Counted from the first letter of the stretch, positions 13,259 through 26,664 are shown. The stretch is DNA of 64,000 bases from Eledone cirrhosa (GCA_964016885.1 OZ024743.1:356252001-356316000), one strand, 5' to 3'. The notes: generated by a model from the sequence alone, not told the origin. Numbers and translations: made by a program.

Positions 13259-13780
13259 TAGTAGGGGTGTTAGTGGGATGAGTGAGTGTGGAGTGGGGAG
13301 AGAAGGGTGTGTGTGGTTTTATGGAGGGAGTGTGGTGTACTGGTGTGTGTGTAGTTTGGTGAGGAGGTGTTAGTGGGTGTTAGTAGACGGGAGGTGGGGA
13401 GGGGTGGAATGCAGGTGTGAGTGGGGGTTAGTGGGGGTAGGGTGTGTAGAGTTGGTGGTGTACGAGGGTGTGTGGGTACGTGTGCGTGGGGTTGGAGGGT
13501 GTTAGTGATGTTAGTTGCGTGTGGGGTGGGTGGTGTAAGTGTGTGCGTGTGATAAGGAGGGGGGAGGAGGAGAAGAGGGGAGGGAAGGGATGTTAGTATG
13601 TTAGTTGGGGAAGGGTGGTTAGATGAGGGGTGGAGTGGGGGTGTTAGTATTGTTAGTGTGGGATGGGCGGTGAAAAGGAGGGGTGTGTTAGTGGTGTTAG
13701 TGGGGGATAAGTGGGGGAGGGGGCGGTCGAACGCTAAAGGAATAAGGGTGGGGAGTTCAGGCCGGCGGGGTGTGGGTCTG

Positions 13781-13782
<2 letters not shown>
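12268..13782 (-). mobile_element. Penelope-like element 3' portion (GIY-YIG C-terminal remnant, C/A-rich UTR, hammerhead-like pLTR)
   Basis: minus-strand QTHT/PAGLNS (frameshifted) at ~13735-13780 resembles the PLE 'T..P.GLN' terminus; CCGAAGA-AGGGC-TTAT-GCCC-GAAAC-GTC-GTC at 12356-12386; flanked by (TA)n. Confidence 0.55.
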
Positions 13783-13851
<69 letters not shown>

Positions 13852-14155
13852 GGCGTCTGTGTGTGTGTGTGTGTCTGTGTGTGTGGATATGTGCATATAT
13901 GCACACATATATATTATTTATGTCTAAACATATCAATACTTTCGATACCAACACTGACATACGTAAATGCTAAAGAAGCATCGTAAAGTATTGAAGGAGG
14001 CAACGCCTGCCAAGCTATCATAAATATCTACACAACCGATTCTATGTTACTTTACATGGAATTCATAGTTGTCTACTTCACAAAGTCTTCTACGATCAAA
14101 TACTTTTGTGCCATTTTCATTCATGCAAGCACATCCCTGGCTAGTCACACGCGCA

Positions 14156-14194
<39 letters not shown>

Positions 14195-14373
14195 ACTTAC
14201 ATATACTCATATACACACACTCTCTCTCTCTCCCCTCTCTCTCTCTGTCGCTTTTTCACTCACCACGTTTATATATATATATTAATGTGTGTTTGTGTGT
14301 GTGTGTGTATATTTATATGTATATATATATATCTATAAATATGTATGTATACATATACATATATATAAAAAAA

Positions 14374-14423
<50 letters not shown>

Positions 14424-14488
14424 AAAAACGAGTGTAAATGAATACACACACACGCATACACACAGACACACACACACACACATATATA

Positions 14489-14535
<47 letters not shown>

Positions 14536-14710
14536 TGTATATATATATATTTATGTAAAACAGACACATGTATATATAAATGTACGTATGTTACCTTCAA
14601 AAGTGAAAAGAGCAAAGTTTAAGATAATCTTGTTAGATTTCTGTTCCATCTGTATGATCTCATACTGGCTAGTTGTGTAGAAGTTGATAAATTTATGATG
14701 GGTTTGCATT

Positions 14711-14745
<35 letters not shown>

Positions 14746-14746
14746 T

Positions 14747-15235
14747 TCGTTTCTGAATTTGTTTAACAAGATTTTTTATCTGAAAACGTGTGTTGAAACC
14801 GATATTTTTATACTTTGGGAGGGTCATGTTGCCAATAAGAAACACATGAACCAGTTGCGTTCACTTCAACTTATTATAAATTAAATTAATAATTTTAGGA
14901 ATTTATAAATTTCCGGTTGGTTGGTTGGTTCCACAACCAGAAGATTGTTCATATATTGTCAAAGTTCTTTCGTCACACATTCTGTGACATCTTCAGTGAA
15001 TGGGGATTCTTTTCCTCACACAAGAAAAGAATCCCCAGTCACTGAAGAGGTCACAGAATCTGTGACGAAAGGACTTTGACAATATATGAACAATCTTCTG
15101 GCTGTGGAAACAACCAATCAACCGGAAATTTATAAATTCCTAAATTTATAAATTTAATTTATAATAAATTGAACTGAAATCATCTGGTGCGTGTGTTTTC
15201 TTATTGGCAACATGACCCTCCCAAAGTATAACAAT
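14747..15235. mobile_element. Fold-back pLTR-type element with two opposed hammerheads
   Basis: ~200-bp inverted arms (~14812-15012 / 15025-15230), flanked by (TA)n. Confidence 0.7.
15038..15080 (+). ncRNA. Minimal hammerhead ribozyme
   Basis: GTCA-CTGAAGA-G-GTCACAG-AAT-CTGTGAC-GAAAG-GA-CTT-TGAC; mirror copy on the minus strand at 14958-15000. Confidence 0.7.
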
Positions 15236-15286
15236 ATATATATATAAGTATATATATAAAAACCACAGACCCTCCATCTCAACTCA

Positions 15287-15324
15287 CCTTTTGAAAAGCA
15301 GAAGAACTGCGAAACCGGTAAAGG
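15287..15324 (+). ncRNA. Degenerate minimal hammerhead
   Basis: CCTT-TTGAAAA-GCAG-AAGAA-CTGC-GAAAC-CG-GTA-AAGG; stem III palindrome ACCGGT; core mutated. Confidence 0.5.
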
Positions 15325-15464
15325 AACCAAATAAATATATATATTTTTAAAAAAAGTAAGACTTCAGTTGCATTTTCGATTTCATCTCTTTTTCTTTATA
15401 CTTCCACTCGTGTAGGACACCTCGGTTATTTTTCATTTTGTAAAAAAAACCTTACTTTCTAATA

Positions 15465-15539
<75 letters not shown>

Positions 15540-15545
15540 ATATAC

Positions 15546-15598
<53 letters not shown>

Positions 15599-15609
15599 CA
15601 GGCACACAT

Positions 15610-15647
<38 letters not shown>

Positions 15648-15649
<2 letters not shown>

Positions 15650-15955
15650 TATAAAATAATAGGAGACTGGACTGGTGTAATTCCTTAAAATGTTTATTAT
15701 ACTATGATCATTTCAGTGACCATCTCAATGACCTCAACTTGATGGCGGCCGACCGTGGTAGAAGCTGCTACATGTTCGTTCGCCCTCATGTCTCTAATTT
15801 TCAGCCCCATGGATTTTGTCTATTATATTCCTTTGTTATATTTCGAATACATGATGATGTCACCGGATCCATACTGAGCCCTGTCATTGAAATAATCATA
15901 GTATAATAAACCTTTTAAGGAATTACACCCGTCCAGCATCCTGTTATTTTATAAT
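15648..15955. mobile_element. Fold-back pLTR-type element with a decayed hammerhead
   Basis: ~70-bp inverted termini; ATAC-ATGATGA...GAAAT-AATC-ATA-GTAT at ~15847-15904; flanked by (TA)n. Confidence 0.5.
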
Positions 15956-16221
15956 ATATATATTTTTATATATATATATATTTATATATATATATATATG
16001 TGTGTGGGGGGGGGGGGGGTATATATATGTATATATTTATATATATATGTATGGGATGTTTATAAGGCTTTTCAAGAGACACCTCAAAAAGGACTGTTTC
16101 TTGACGCGTTCATAACAAATGAGAATTTCTCGAGAGTCGGAGGAAGAAATTACCACGTGATACAGTTGCCATAGTACCGTATTTGCTAGAAAGAGGAGTT
16201 GGTACATGTGTGCATATCCTT

Positions 16222-16402
16222 TGCAGTATCGCTAGAGGGTCGGGCGCCATGCTTTGACGCATGGAGTTACGGCCCTTGCCATTCTGAGTTCAAATCTCGC
16301 CGAGGTTAACTTTGCCTTTCATCCTTACGGGGTCGATAAAATAAAGTACCAGTAATGTACTGGATAATTGATGGCCTTGTGCCAATAATTGAAACAATTA
16401 TT
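16222..16402 (+). mobile_element. tRNA-derived SINE (main family)
   Basis: family motifs. Confidence 0.8.
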
Positions 16403-16931
16403 ATATTGTCCTAAACTCCCTTATGGTCGAGTTAAGCAGGTGTGACATAGATATCTACTTATCAATCTACATACCTATTTAAATTAGTATATATCTGCTC
16501 CAAATTCCTAATTATTTTTAGCAGCTTCTTCTGTGACTAGCACCGCGTACTACTTTCTAGCGGATACGACGTCCAGTCCTATTTGTATCTGCCACCACAG
16601 TTAAAACTTTCTTCACAACATGAGGTATAATTTTGACTACTCGGAACACGAGAGATATAAAGGTATTTTTGTATTTTATTGGAACTTATCCAAAGACGAT
16701 TTCCTCAGATAACTACTTTCCCGTCTTCCGTAGATCTGCCAAAATCGATAGTTGGTAATCGATAATCAATTGCTTAGATTGATTTTTGCTTCGGTTTATG
16801 AACTATGGAACGGTGACAGTAAGCAAAATTACAACTTTTCCACCTTAAAGTATCTACTTTTTCCTAAATATTATATGCTTTAAATATATATGTCAAAATA
16901 CTATACGTTTCTCTTACGATATATGGCTCTT

Positions 16932-16969
<38 letters not shown>

Positions 16970-17489
16970 GAATCGCTATATATATATACAGATTTGCTGG
17001 GCAGATTTGAGGGCTCTGCCCCTACGATCTTCTTCTTCTTCTTCTTCTTCTTCTTCTTCTTCTGATATATGAAAATGCAAAGGCATGAAGGAGACACACA
17101 CAATTACTCACCGTGTGTATCTATGTATTAGCGGTGCAACAAAAAGAAATCGATACAATTCTTATCAAAATTCAAAAGTAAGTACTGGAATCGATTTGAG
17201 CTACTAAATGATTTTAAGGCCATGTCTTAGTATGTTACACTATTGTTCTATGCCAAGAATACCGTACTATTGAAAAAATGTTAAAAATAAAGACTGAAGT
17301 ACTGTCATGGTTTTAATATAGCTCACACACATAAACATACACATACGGACGGGCACGCGCACACACACACACAAACATGCACCCAAAGACACACACTAAC
17401 ACACACACATACAGATATATATGTATATATAATAACTATATATACATATATATATATGTATGTATGTATATATATATATATATATATTA

Positions 17490-18096
17490 TGTCAGGTCAC
17501 CAGTTGGTGCTACTGGTAACATGTATCCCAGTACAACCTGTCTCATGGTCGGGTCGTTGGCGACTAAACTGGCAACCCCACCAAGGTTTCTTGGTGAGGA
17601 GGGTGACTTTGGACATCCTGCAGGACTAAAAACAAAACCTGTCAAAGGGCAAAGGAGCTCTTAAGAGTCAATGGCCATCCAAAATCACCGGGAGAGATGA
17701 CCCCTTAGCCTTTGTCAAGGCAGAATTCTAGGAGAAGGAAAACTCTGATATAACACCTGCAACCCTGATGGTATGCAATGATGTTGACTTGTTCTTCTTT
17801 TTGGTAAATATCATCTTGGTTAAGAGAGTGGGACTGGCTTTGTGCAGTGCCTTTGCTCACTATAAAAGCTTCACGGCACAGGCATTGCTTTATATCTGGA
17901 GATCTCTCTGCACTTGTCGTCACATGGTACCATGGGCCCAGCACTATGTGTCAATAATTGTCACAAGTGTAGTGTTTGTACCAGAGTTTTCAAGTCGCTG
18001 GCTGGACTAAAAAGTCACAGTCGTTCAGCGCATCGGTAGGGGTTCTCCTACATGGATATAAAGTAGTGGCCGTACTCGAAAACGAGTTGGCAGCCA

Positions 18097-18098
<2 letters not shown>
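17490..18098 (+). mobile_element. RTE-type LINE 5' UTR-like fragment in (TA)n
   Basis: CTAGGAGAAGGAAAACTCTGA motif recalled from RTE 5' regions; several short hairpins. Confidence 0.4.
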
Positions 18099-18138
<40 letters not shown>

Positions 18139-18273
18139 TCTCACACAATGCAGCCTCGACAGATGAGTACTGCTTGATTATGGTTGACAGCTGATGAAAC
18201 AAAGGCACCATAGTAAAAACTAATATATGGAACATTATATTATGTAACATTATTTTTATTTATATTCCTTTGA

Positions 18274-18384
18274 GTTCCGATGAGCCACTCTATTTTTTTA
18301 AATATGTTAATTATTTTCAACTGAACCAGATCAATTATGATCTGATCCAGAAATATTATACGGAGTAGCGAAACAATTGTAAAC
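18274..18384 (+). ncRNA. Hammerhead ribozyme with U4C core variant and long stem II insert
   Basis: GTT-CCGATGA-GCCACTC...GAGTAGC-GAAAC-AATT-GTA-AAC; stem III palindrome ACAATTGT; lies in a ~380-bp island between (TA)n tracts. Confidence 0.65.
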
Positions 18385-18510
18385 GGGCATTATTATTATT
18401 AGTATTATTATTATAATTATTATTCTCTACATTCCTTACATCAAACTAAATATGTTGACAATCTTTTAATAATGTCTTGTGAAATGTGTAGTCTTGTTTT
18501 GCTTAACTAA

Positions 18511-18577
<67 letters not shown>

Positions 18578-18625
18578 TACGTAAAATAAGAAAATTATAA
18601 AATTAACTTACTTACTAAAATATCA

Positions 18626-18705
18626 CTTCCAACTAATTAGTTTCTGAAATGGAATAAATATATTTTCCGAAGAAAACATGGAGAAGCATTTCGTCGTCAG
18701 GGAAG
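18626..18705 (-). ncRNA. Hammerhead ribozyme (inverted copy of 19550-19629)
   Basis: near-exact reverse complement of 19550-19629. Confidence 0.75.
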
Positions 18706-19549
18706 ACTATTCTCATCTAAGTATCCAGGCAAAGCGGGGACTCTGGAAACTTATTCAAAAATAATTCAGTGTATAGAAAATAGCAAAGCGTGGACTGAAT
18801 TCCTAGCCATTGAGAGAATCACTGCCCCTGCGTCGGTGGCAAATTCAAAAAGAATCAATCACGTGACATCGAGGTCAATCAGTGGAAAGTGGTTTGCTAA
18901 TAAGACAGCGGCCTGCCTGCTACCATAGCAGCAGTCGTGGCCAATATTGCTCGACAAATAATTTGGAGATAATTATAAAGAATTAATATCTAGTAACATA
19001 TATATACATACAGATGCATATCAATGCTAGCAAATATATAGGTTTTGTCTTAGTAACTTTGTGGTTCAATGCATGGGGTTGCAGAACAATAATATGAGAG
19101 ACGTAAAATATATTTTAGTAAGTAAGTTAATTTTATAATTTTCTTATTTTACGTCTCTCATATTATTGTTCTGCAACCCCATGCATTGAACCACAAAGTT
19201 ACTAAGTCAAAACCTATATATTTGCTAGCATTGATATGCATCTATATGTATATATATGTTACTAGATATTAATTCTTTATAATTATCTCCAAATTATTTG
19301 TCGAGCAATATTGGCCACGACTGCTGCTATGGTAGCAGGCAGGCCGCTGTCTTATTAGCAAACCACTTTCCACTGATTGACCTCGATGTCACGTGATTGA
19401 TTCTTTTTGAATTTGCCACCGACGCAGAGGCAGTGATTTTCTCAATGGCTAGGAATTCAGTCCATGCTTTGCTATTTTCTATCCACTGAATTATTTTTGA
19501 ATAAGTTTCCAGAGTCCCCGCTTTGCCTGGATACTTAGATGAGAATAGT

Positions 19550-19629
19550 CTTCCCTGACGACGAAATGATTCTCCATGTTTTCTTCGGAAAATATATTTA
19601 TTCCATTTCAGAAACTAATTAGTTGGAAG
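19550..19629 (+). ncRNA. Type I hammerhead ribozyme
   Basis: stem I CTTCC/GGAAG; CTGACGA; stem II GAAATG/CATTTC with an inner C(UUCG)G hairpin; GAAAC-TAATTA-GTT (palindrome ACTAATTAGT). Confidence 0.78.
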
Positions 19630-20181
19630 TGATATTTTAGTAAGTAAGTTAATTTTATAATTTTCTTATTTTACGTCTCTCATATTATTGTTCTGCAACC
19701 CCATGCATTGAACCACAAAGTTACTAAGACAAAACCTATATATTTGCTAGCATTGATATGCATCTGTATGTATATATATGTTACTAGATATTAATTCCTT
19801 ATATATATATATATATATATTATATGTATGTATGAATGTATACAATGATTTCTTACATAATTTCAATAAATATCAATAAATTCAACAGAATCACGAACAC
19901 ATCTTGATTGAATGATTGAGAATTAGGAGGGCAATCACGAAATATTTACGTATTGTTTCTCGGGGTGCATTTTAAATTATGGTCATATAAGTAACCACTT
20001 GGAGAAGTCAAATACATGTATTTCAAGATCGTTAACCCATCATCGCTAATCCATTTGTTACCAAAGTATAAAAGCCAATGCCTATTACACATTCCTTAAT
20101 GGATTATTTGTATATATTGCAATCTTGACAGGGTTAGTAGAATTAGCAGTAGCAGTAACATAGAGCATGATTCAGAAGCTG

Positions 20182-20220
<39 letters not shown>

Positions 20221-20222
<2 letters not shown>

Positions 20223-20405
20223 AACCAGTAAGACCCCGACAGCTGAGCTCAAGCCGTTTCGACGGCTAATTCTGGAATTAGCCGTCGAAACGGCTTGAGC
20301 TCAGCTGTCGGGGTCTTACTGGTTCCTATTACCCACTCTACTACCTCAAGTATTGAGTACTTTGGTGCGTTATGGTCCACCTGGTTCCTTACCACATTTC
20401 CTTCG

Positions 20406-20408
<3 letters not shown>
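20221..20408. mobile_element. Short fold-back element, family F
   Basis: near-perfect ~105-nt hairpin at 20221-20326 plus a unique tail; in (TA)n. Confidence 0.7.
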
Positions 20409-20443
<35 letters not shown>

Positions 20444-21129
20444 TCTTTTTAAATATATATATATACATACGTACGTACACGCATACATATGTGCACACAT
20501 ACATACATACCTGGAACAGTAAAAATATGTAAAGCATTCCAAAGATTCTGCGTCTAATAACTGCCTATACACTTGTACAGATACAAAGCATATGCACATG
20601 CACACATACAACTCAAAACATACACATTCACACACAATAACATCCATACCTACACACACACACACATCAATGCAGACATGCATACATATCTACCTAGTTG
20701 ATGTTGTCTAAATTCCAATGAGAGAGTCTTGTATCTATGTTAGAAATTGGCTCTCTCTCTCCATTGGCAAACATTTGTGAAATTATAAAACCAAAACAAC
20801 ATACAATACAGATAATGTTGTGGTGCATATACCATTTGCTTAATCCAGTAACAGCTAGCAATGCCACCTGTCAAAATTGCCAGGGGGAAAATGTACTTTC
20901 GATTTATTCATAAACTTCTTCAAAGCATTTCCGTTGACGACATATTTACACGACATTTTGAACATTTATCATCCATCTTACCAACATTGTTCCTCTCAGA
21001 TTTTGTTGCTTCAAATTCATGAGGTTTCGTATGTTTAGACACATTTTCCCTAATGTTAATGGTAAACATTTTTTTTTCCATTTGAAGCAGTCACTGCAAC
21101 ACTGTCTTCTGTCATCTGAAATGTCCTGG

Positions 21130-21530
21130 TAATAATTGTTTCTATTTTAGGCACAAGACCCACAATTTGAAGGGGAGGGGGAAGTCGATTAAATCGAAAC
21201 AAGTGCATTACTGGTGCTTTATTAATAGACCCCGTAAAAATGGAAGATAAAGCTAACAATGGCAGGATTTGAACTAAGAACGTAAAGCACCGTAACTCTA
21301 TGACAAGAGGCAGGGTATCCGAAGCTCTATCGATACTGCCAATCCACCGCCTTGAATGTGCCTAATAATAATGATTTCTAGAATAGGCACAAGGCCAGTA
21401 ATTTGGAGGGAGGGAAAGTTACTGGTGCTTTATTTTATCGACCCTGTAATGAAGATGGCAAGGTTAACCTCGGCCGGATTTAAACTCAGATCGCAAAAAG
21501 GACCGTAACTCTATGCAGCAAAGCATGGTG
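21130..21530 (-). mobile_element. Two adjacent SINEs of the main family (longer variant)
   Basis: reverse-complement family motifs at ~21130-21352 and ~21368-21530. Confidence 0.75.
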
Positions 21531-21535
21531 TATAC

Positions 21536-21632
<97 letters not shown>

Positions 21633-21699
21633 CACATATATATATATATATAATAATAGTAATATTATTTATACTTATATATACACTATATATAATTAT

Positions 21700-24575
21700 A
21701 AACAGGAAAGGTCAGTAATTCATTACCACCTTATTACCAGTAAGAAAAATAGCTCAATGTAAATACATCAGATGTTTTACAGAGCCGGAATATAAATTAC
21801 AGAATAATCAAAACTATGTTCAAAACATTATATTGCTGACAATCGTTTCTTACGAAATTTCGTTTGGTATCATCGGAGCACTAGCAAAGTTTAGACATAA
21901 TTAACCTCCTATTCCACAGAACAATTGTAAAGATACGTAGATGCTGCCGCCCGTAAAACCATAATTGTATTTGAAGATCAATTATGGACCCGCAAGGATA
22001 CATCTAACAACCTTGACTTAACTATGGGATATAGTGACTCGACGCAGGTTACTGATTTTGGGGTGGGTCTATACCTCTTAAATGAAATTCAGAAGAATCT
22101 GCTCTACCTCAATGGTGGTTTATACCGCGATGATGCACTACTACTTATTGACTATAAACATTTTAATATAGAAAGAACGAGGAAACAATTGCATAAATAT
22201 TTAAAAACTTCAACTTAAGCATTACCTTAGATAAAAACACTAAAAACGTTAACTTCCTTGATGCTACCCTTTGGCTGGACTCTAAAATATATACACCCTT
22301 TCATAAACCAAACGAAAAACTACTTCATGTAGATACCCACTCTAACTACCCTAAATCTATATTAAACTCAATCACTAAAGGAATATCAAATAGAGTTTCT
22401 ACTCTCTCATATAATGAAACTATATTTAACAGTAATTCCCAATACTATAATGAGGCCTTCACTCGAACAGGCGATAAAAATAAAATTAGCTTGTTACCTA
22501 TAAAATCACCTAGTTACAACATTATTTCTCACAATATTGGCCATGAATAAAAGTAATAAAAGTACTAGCCACTCTAACTCTAATACGAAGGGTAATATCA
22601 AACTTAACTCGCACCAAAATAAACGCCCAATAATAATAATATAAACAGAAATATAAACAATACCTCAAATAACATTACAAAAAACAAAAATAGAATACAT
22701 TTTTCAATCCCCCTTTCAATCTAAACGTTTCCACCAACTTGCCTGAGGCCACAAATACCATAATCTTATCAATAAAAATACCATTAAAATCTCTTACTCT
22801 ACCACACCTAACATCGCGTTACATATAGCTAGTAGTAATAAAAGGGAGATAAATAATTATTAACAACTAATTAAATCACAACAGGGGGTAAACTTACATA
22901 GCAACATAGTACCAGAGAATTCTAGTAGCAATAATAATAATAGTAATAGCACTAATGAAATTAATAACAATGGGAATGATAATCATCATTACCCTAATGC
23001 TATCCCTAACAACCATGCATCTACACACCCTATTAACCAGCAAGTAAACAACCAAAATAACTATAACTGTAGAACAAATAAAACTTGCCCCTTAGTAAAA
23101 AAATTGCTTAATCAAAGACATCATTTACTCATGCACAGTCAATACAAATAGCACTTCAAAAACATATATCGGTTCTACTTCGACCAGCTTCAAGATGAGA
23201 TATAACTCGCATGTCCACACTTTCGAAAATCGCAACCTAGCCAACTCCACTTCTTTATCTAACTACATACACTCTCTGAAAACTAAGAATAGACTATATA
23301 CACTTCAATGGGAAGTAATAGATAGGGCCGCATCGTATAAACCACCGAATAAATTATGTAACCTCTGTCTTCTAATGACTTGCACTATAATCTATTCTAA
23401 GCTAAACCTTTTAAATAGAAATTCAGAAATTTTTTCGATGTGCCAAAATTTCCACCGACATTCTTTCCACAACTTCAAACCTAGCTTCTAGTATATAGTA
23501 ATGTCAGATCTGGATTTCTCACCACCATTAACACTTTGCCTCTAAGTTTTATCAGCATATAATTGCCCCAACAGCATCACATTCTATGATCAGCTCATTC
23601 CTCTACTTACCTCCTATTTATCTCAAATCCTATACTCTACAATAACTATTGGGAATAAACATAAAGTTACCACCATTTAATATAACTACAATAACTTCCT
23701 TACTAATATTTTATTCATTTAATTAATATATGGGTAGGTAGTGATAAAATGAGACCTTTAGGGTATTTTATGGAAAAAGGATTGTATTTAGAATATAAAT
23801 TTAAAATTAAATAGCATTATATAAAAGGATTCACTTATAACATAATATATTGTATATTAACACATATAATTTGACTAATTGAAGTTGTAAACAACTATAA
23901 AGTTTTCTTTTATATACAAATTAATCGCGAATTACCTCCTCTTTCACATTAGCTCCCCTTAGTATAGATCTCTAATCACTTCCTGAAATTAAACCTTTAG
24001 ACAGATCACTCCAGAACAACTCGGACCCGTGATAAGATTGTAATAGGGCCAATATAAAATCCATAGTTGTAGCTACTAATAAACATTTACTAAAATATAA
24101 CCAATGTAATGGAAAGGAAAACCTTAATATTAATACTCACAAGACATGCACATTTGAACATTACCCGAACAATTATCACACTGCATCCACGATAAACTTC
24201 ATAGAAACTGATTTTCATACTCACGTATCTCTGTCTGCTTAATATGCTTTTATACCTGTATCGTATTATGTGATACCTTTGCCATACTGTGATATATATG
24301 CTTAGTACCATTGCTTGTTTCTTACCTGGTTATGCTGTACATGCCTAATAACTCTGCACTCTTTCTATACGTTTCCATATGTACCTCTAATGTCCTCATT
24401 TTGCGCGTAACTTTCTTCTTTAATTCCTCTATAATTGTTGTATTATTCTTTTATAATCTTTGACGCATCCACTGATACTGAGCACATCACCTCCACTCTT
24501 TAAATATGACACGGTTAATGACAACACTAACATCTACGTATTTTTACAATTGTTCTGTGGAATAGGAGGTTAATA
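21700..24575 (+). mobile_element. Decayed, 5'-truncated Penelope-like retroelement
   Basis: RT and GIY-YIG remnants; 21900-21943 recurs inverted at ~24530-24574; hammerhead-like motif on the minus strand at 21834-21880; (TA)n on both flanks. Confidence 0.8.
21945..23491 (+). pseudogene. Penelope-like RT + GIY-YIG endonuclease, frameshifted
   Basis: DLTMGYSDSTQVTDFGVGLYLL, GGLYRDD, VNFLD, FHKPN, SNYP, FNPPF, NCRTNKTCPL, IIY..YIGST..FKMRYNSH, CNLCL, LNRNSE..C. Confidence 0.85.
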
Positions 24576-24623
24576 TACGTATTTATGTGTATATTTACGT
24601 TTATATAATTATATGTATACACG

Positions 24624-24713
<90 letters not shown>

Positions 24714-25115
24714 TATGTGTATCTAGTGTATACGTTCGTATGTGCGCGGGTTTTTGTATGTGCGCGCGTTTTTTGTGTACGTGCTCGTATTTGCATACCC
24801 ATTGCGCATGTTTTCGCGTATGCATGTGTATGTACGTATATGGATGCGTGCATGTATATAGTTAATTATTGTTGATTTCAATAACCCCTGTAATTTATTT
24901 ACATAATTTTTAACTCTGAAGCCGAGAATCACTCGGTTTCCTAAATAGAATTTTAGGCGACGTCTTCATTTATACCATAAACGTGGTTTTGTCTTTGCGT
25001 GTAATTGTTCTCCCGGCTCCAAATAATGACAAATTATCTTCGTTTTTTCTGTTCTTTGCCAGGGAACGTCTCCACGAACCGATAGTCAGAGATTTATATC
25101 AAATTATAAAATAAG

Positions 25116-25220
<105 letters not shown>

Positions 25221-25271
25221 GATGTGTGTGTGTGTGTGTTTGTTTATATTTATATATATATATATTTATAC

Positions 25272-25520
25272 ATAATTAGAATTGTTCACGAATATACATA
25301 ACATCTCAATGAAAAGAGAGAGTTAAGATATCTTATTCAGAGAAGTAAACATACATATAGAGAACATCTTATACATATCATTGAGGAGTCGATAAGATAT
25401 CGTTCCCTAGGGATATACACACAACCTCAAGCAACTTAAACATATGGAGCCTGACCAAAATCCCTGACCACAAAAACAGTCTCTGAATTGAAAAATAAGT
25501 CAGACAACTTCAAAGGATTG
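25272..25520. repeat. Unclassified ~250-bp dispersed repeat, copy 1
   Basis: clearly similar to 26990-27235 (shared GTTCCCTAGGGATATACACACAAC and other blocks). Confidence 0.6.
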
Positions 25521-25594
25521 AGATGGTTATTATTCTAAGATCAAAATGTTTCGACTGTCCTTGAAGTTTCTGAATTGGAGAATATATCACAAAT

Positions 25595-26519
25595 ACTATC
25601 ACAAATACAATTTAAAAATTAGTCGATTTTCCCCAATAGGGGGAGACAGTTCATATGGGTAACACATACCCCCGAAAAAAATATGCAACCCTCATCTCCA
25701 GGAGTACGAAGAGTTTGTACTCTTTTCCTCTCCCCCTCTATTTCCTCAACCGACAGGCTGATATTGATATAGAGAGAAGGCCCATTCACTAGAGCCTTTC
25801 TCGCCACTTTCATCACCTTTCATAAAACTTGCTGGGGTACAGCACCTCTCTCTCCATCCTGATTCTTCTTCTTCAGTGGTATTTCAAAAAAAGAATCAGT
25901 TGTTGGCCGGAGAGAAAGGTGTCTGACCTCAGCCCTTTCAACCTTGTCCACCATACAACCTCTTTCGCCATAGCTATCACACAAAGGAAAACCGCCTCTC
26001 CTTCGTTTTTGAAAGAGGGTGGCGGTTTGATCATGACAATGGACTCGTTGGTCAACCGGATTGGTCCCACCCGCGACAATAGTCGTTCTACATAGCCCCA
26101 CAGGTCGGTAACGCCCGGGCAGTGTATGAATGCGTGCGCGACGGTTTCTTCGTCTCGCACGCACCTTGGATAGATCTTTTCGAAGAGTCCCTGCCCGGGC
26201 GCCCATGTCTTTAGAGCTTGTCTCGAACTGGTAGAGCTCCTCTGTAGCACTGCCAGGCAAGGGACTTTTGGAAGTTGTCTATCGGTCCCGGGCGGAAGGT
26301 CCTACGGAACAGACTGGCCATTTTGTCTTTCTCTACGCCTAGAGTTTCTCTGAGCACGTCGTCGCACTTGCTGAGGATCAACCCTCTATAGAATGACGAA
26401 GTGGAGTCTCCACTGATCGCCGGGTCCGCCTGCCAGAGGGCTGTGAGCGCCTGAGCAGACTCGATGTGCCAGTCGCCCATTTTCCTCGGTCTTTGCTTGA
26501 CCCTGAGCGCCTGAGCAGA
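25595..26519 (-). mobile_element. Tx1-clade LINE copy 2 (subfamily B), truncated and frameshifted
   Basis: NFQKSLAWQCYRGALPVRDKL and EETVAHAFIHC; UTR matches 28310-28460. Confidence 0.9.
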
Positions 26520-26664
26520 TATATATCAAACTATATCAATAGATAGATATGGGCAATATTACCAGCACCAAATTCTTCATCGGAGGTTTTCTGTTTAATA
26601 TAAGAATAGATACCTGTTAAGAGAGAATTTTTCTCAACCATCCTGCATGATGCGATCAAATTAA

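Larger units (their letters stand above)
18574..19800. mobile_element. Retrozyme-like / PLE pLTR element built from a 522-nt non-coding monomer (one inverted copy + ~1.3 direct copies)
   Basis: 19111 and 19633 start the same sequence (period 522); 18574-19110 is its reverse complement with the same period; (TA)n on both sides. Confidence 0.8.
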
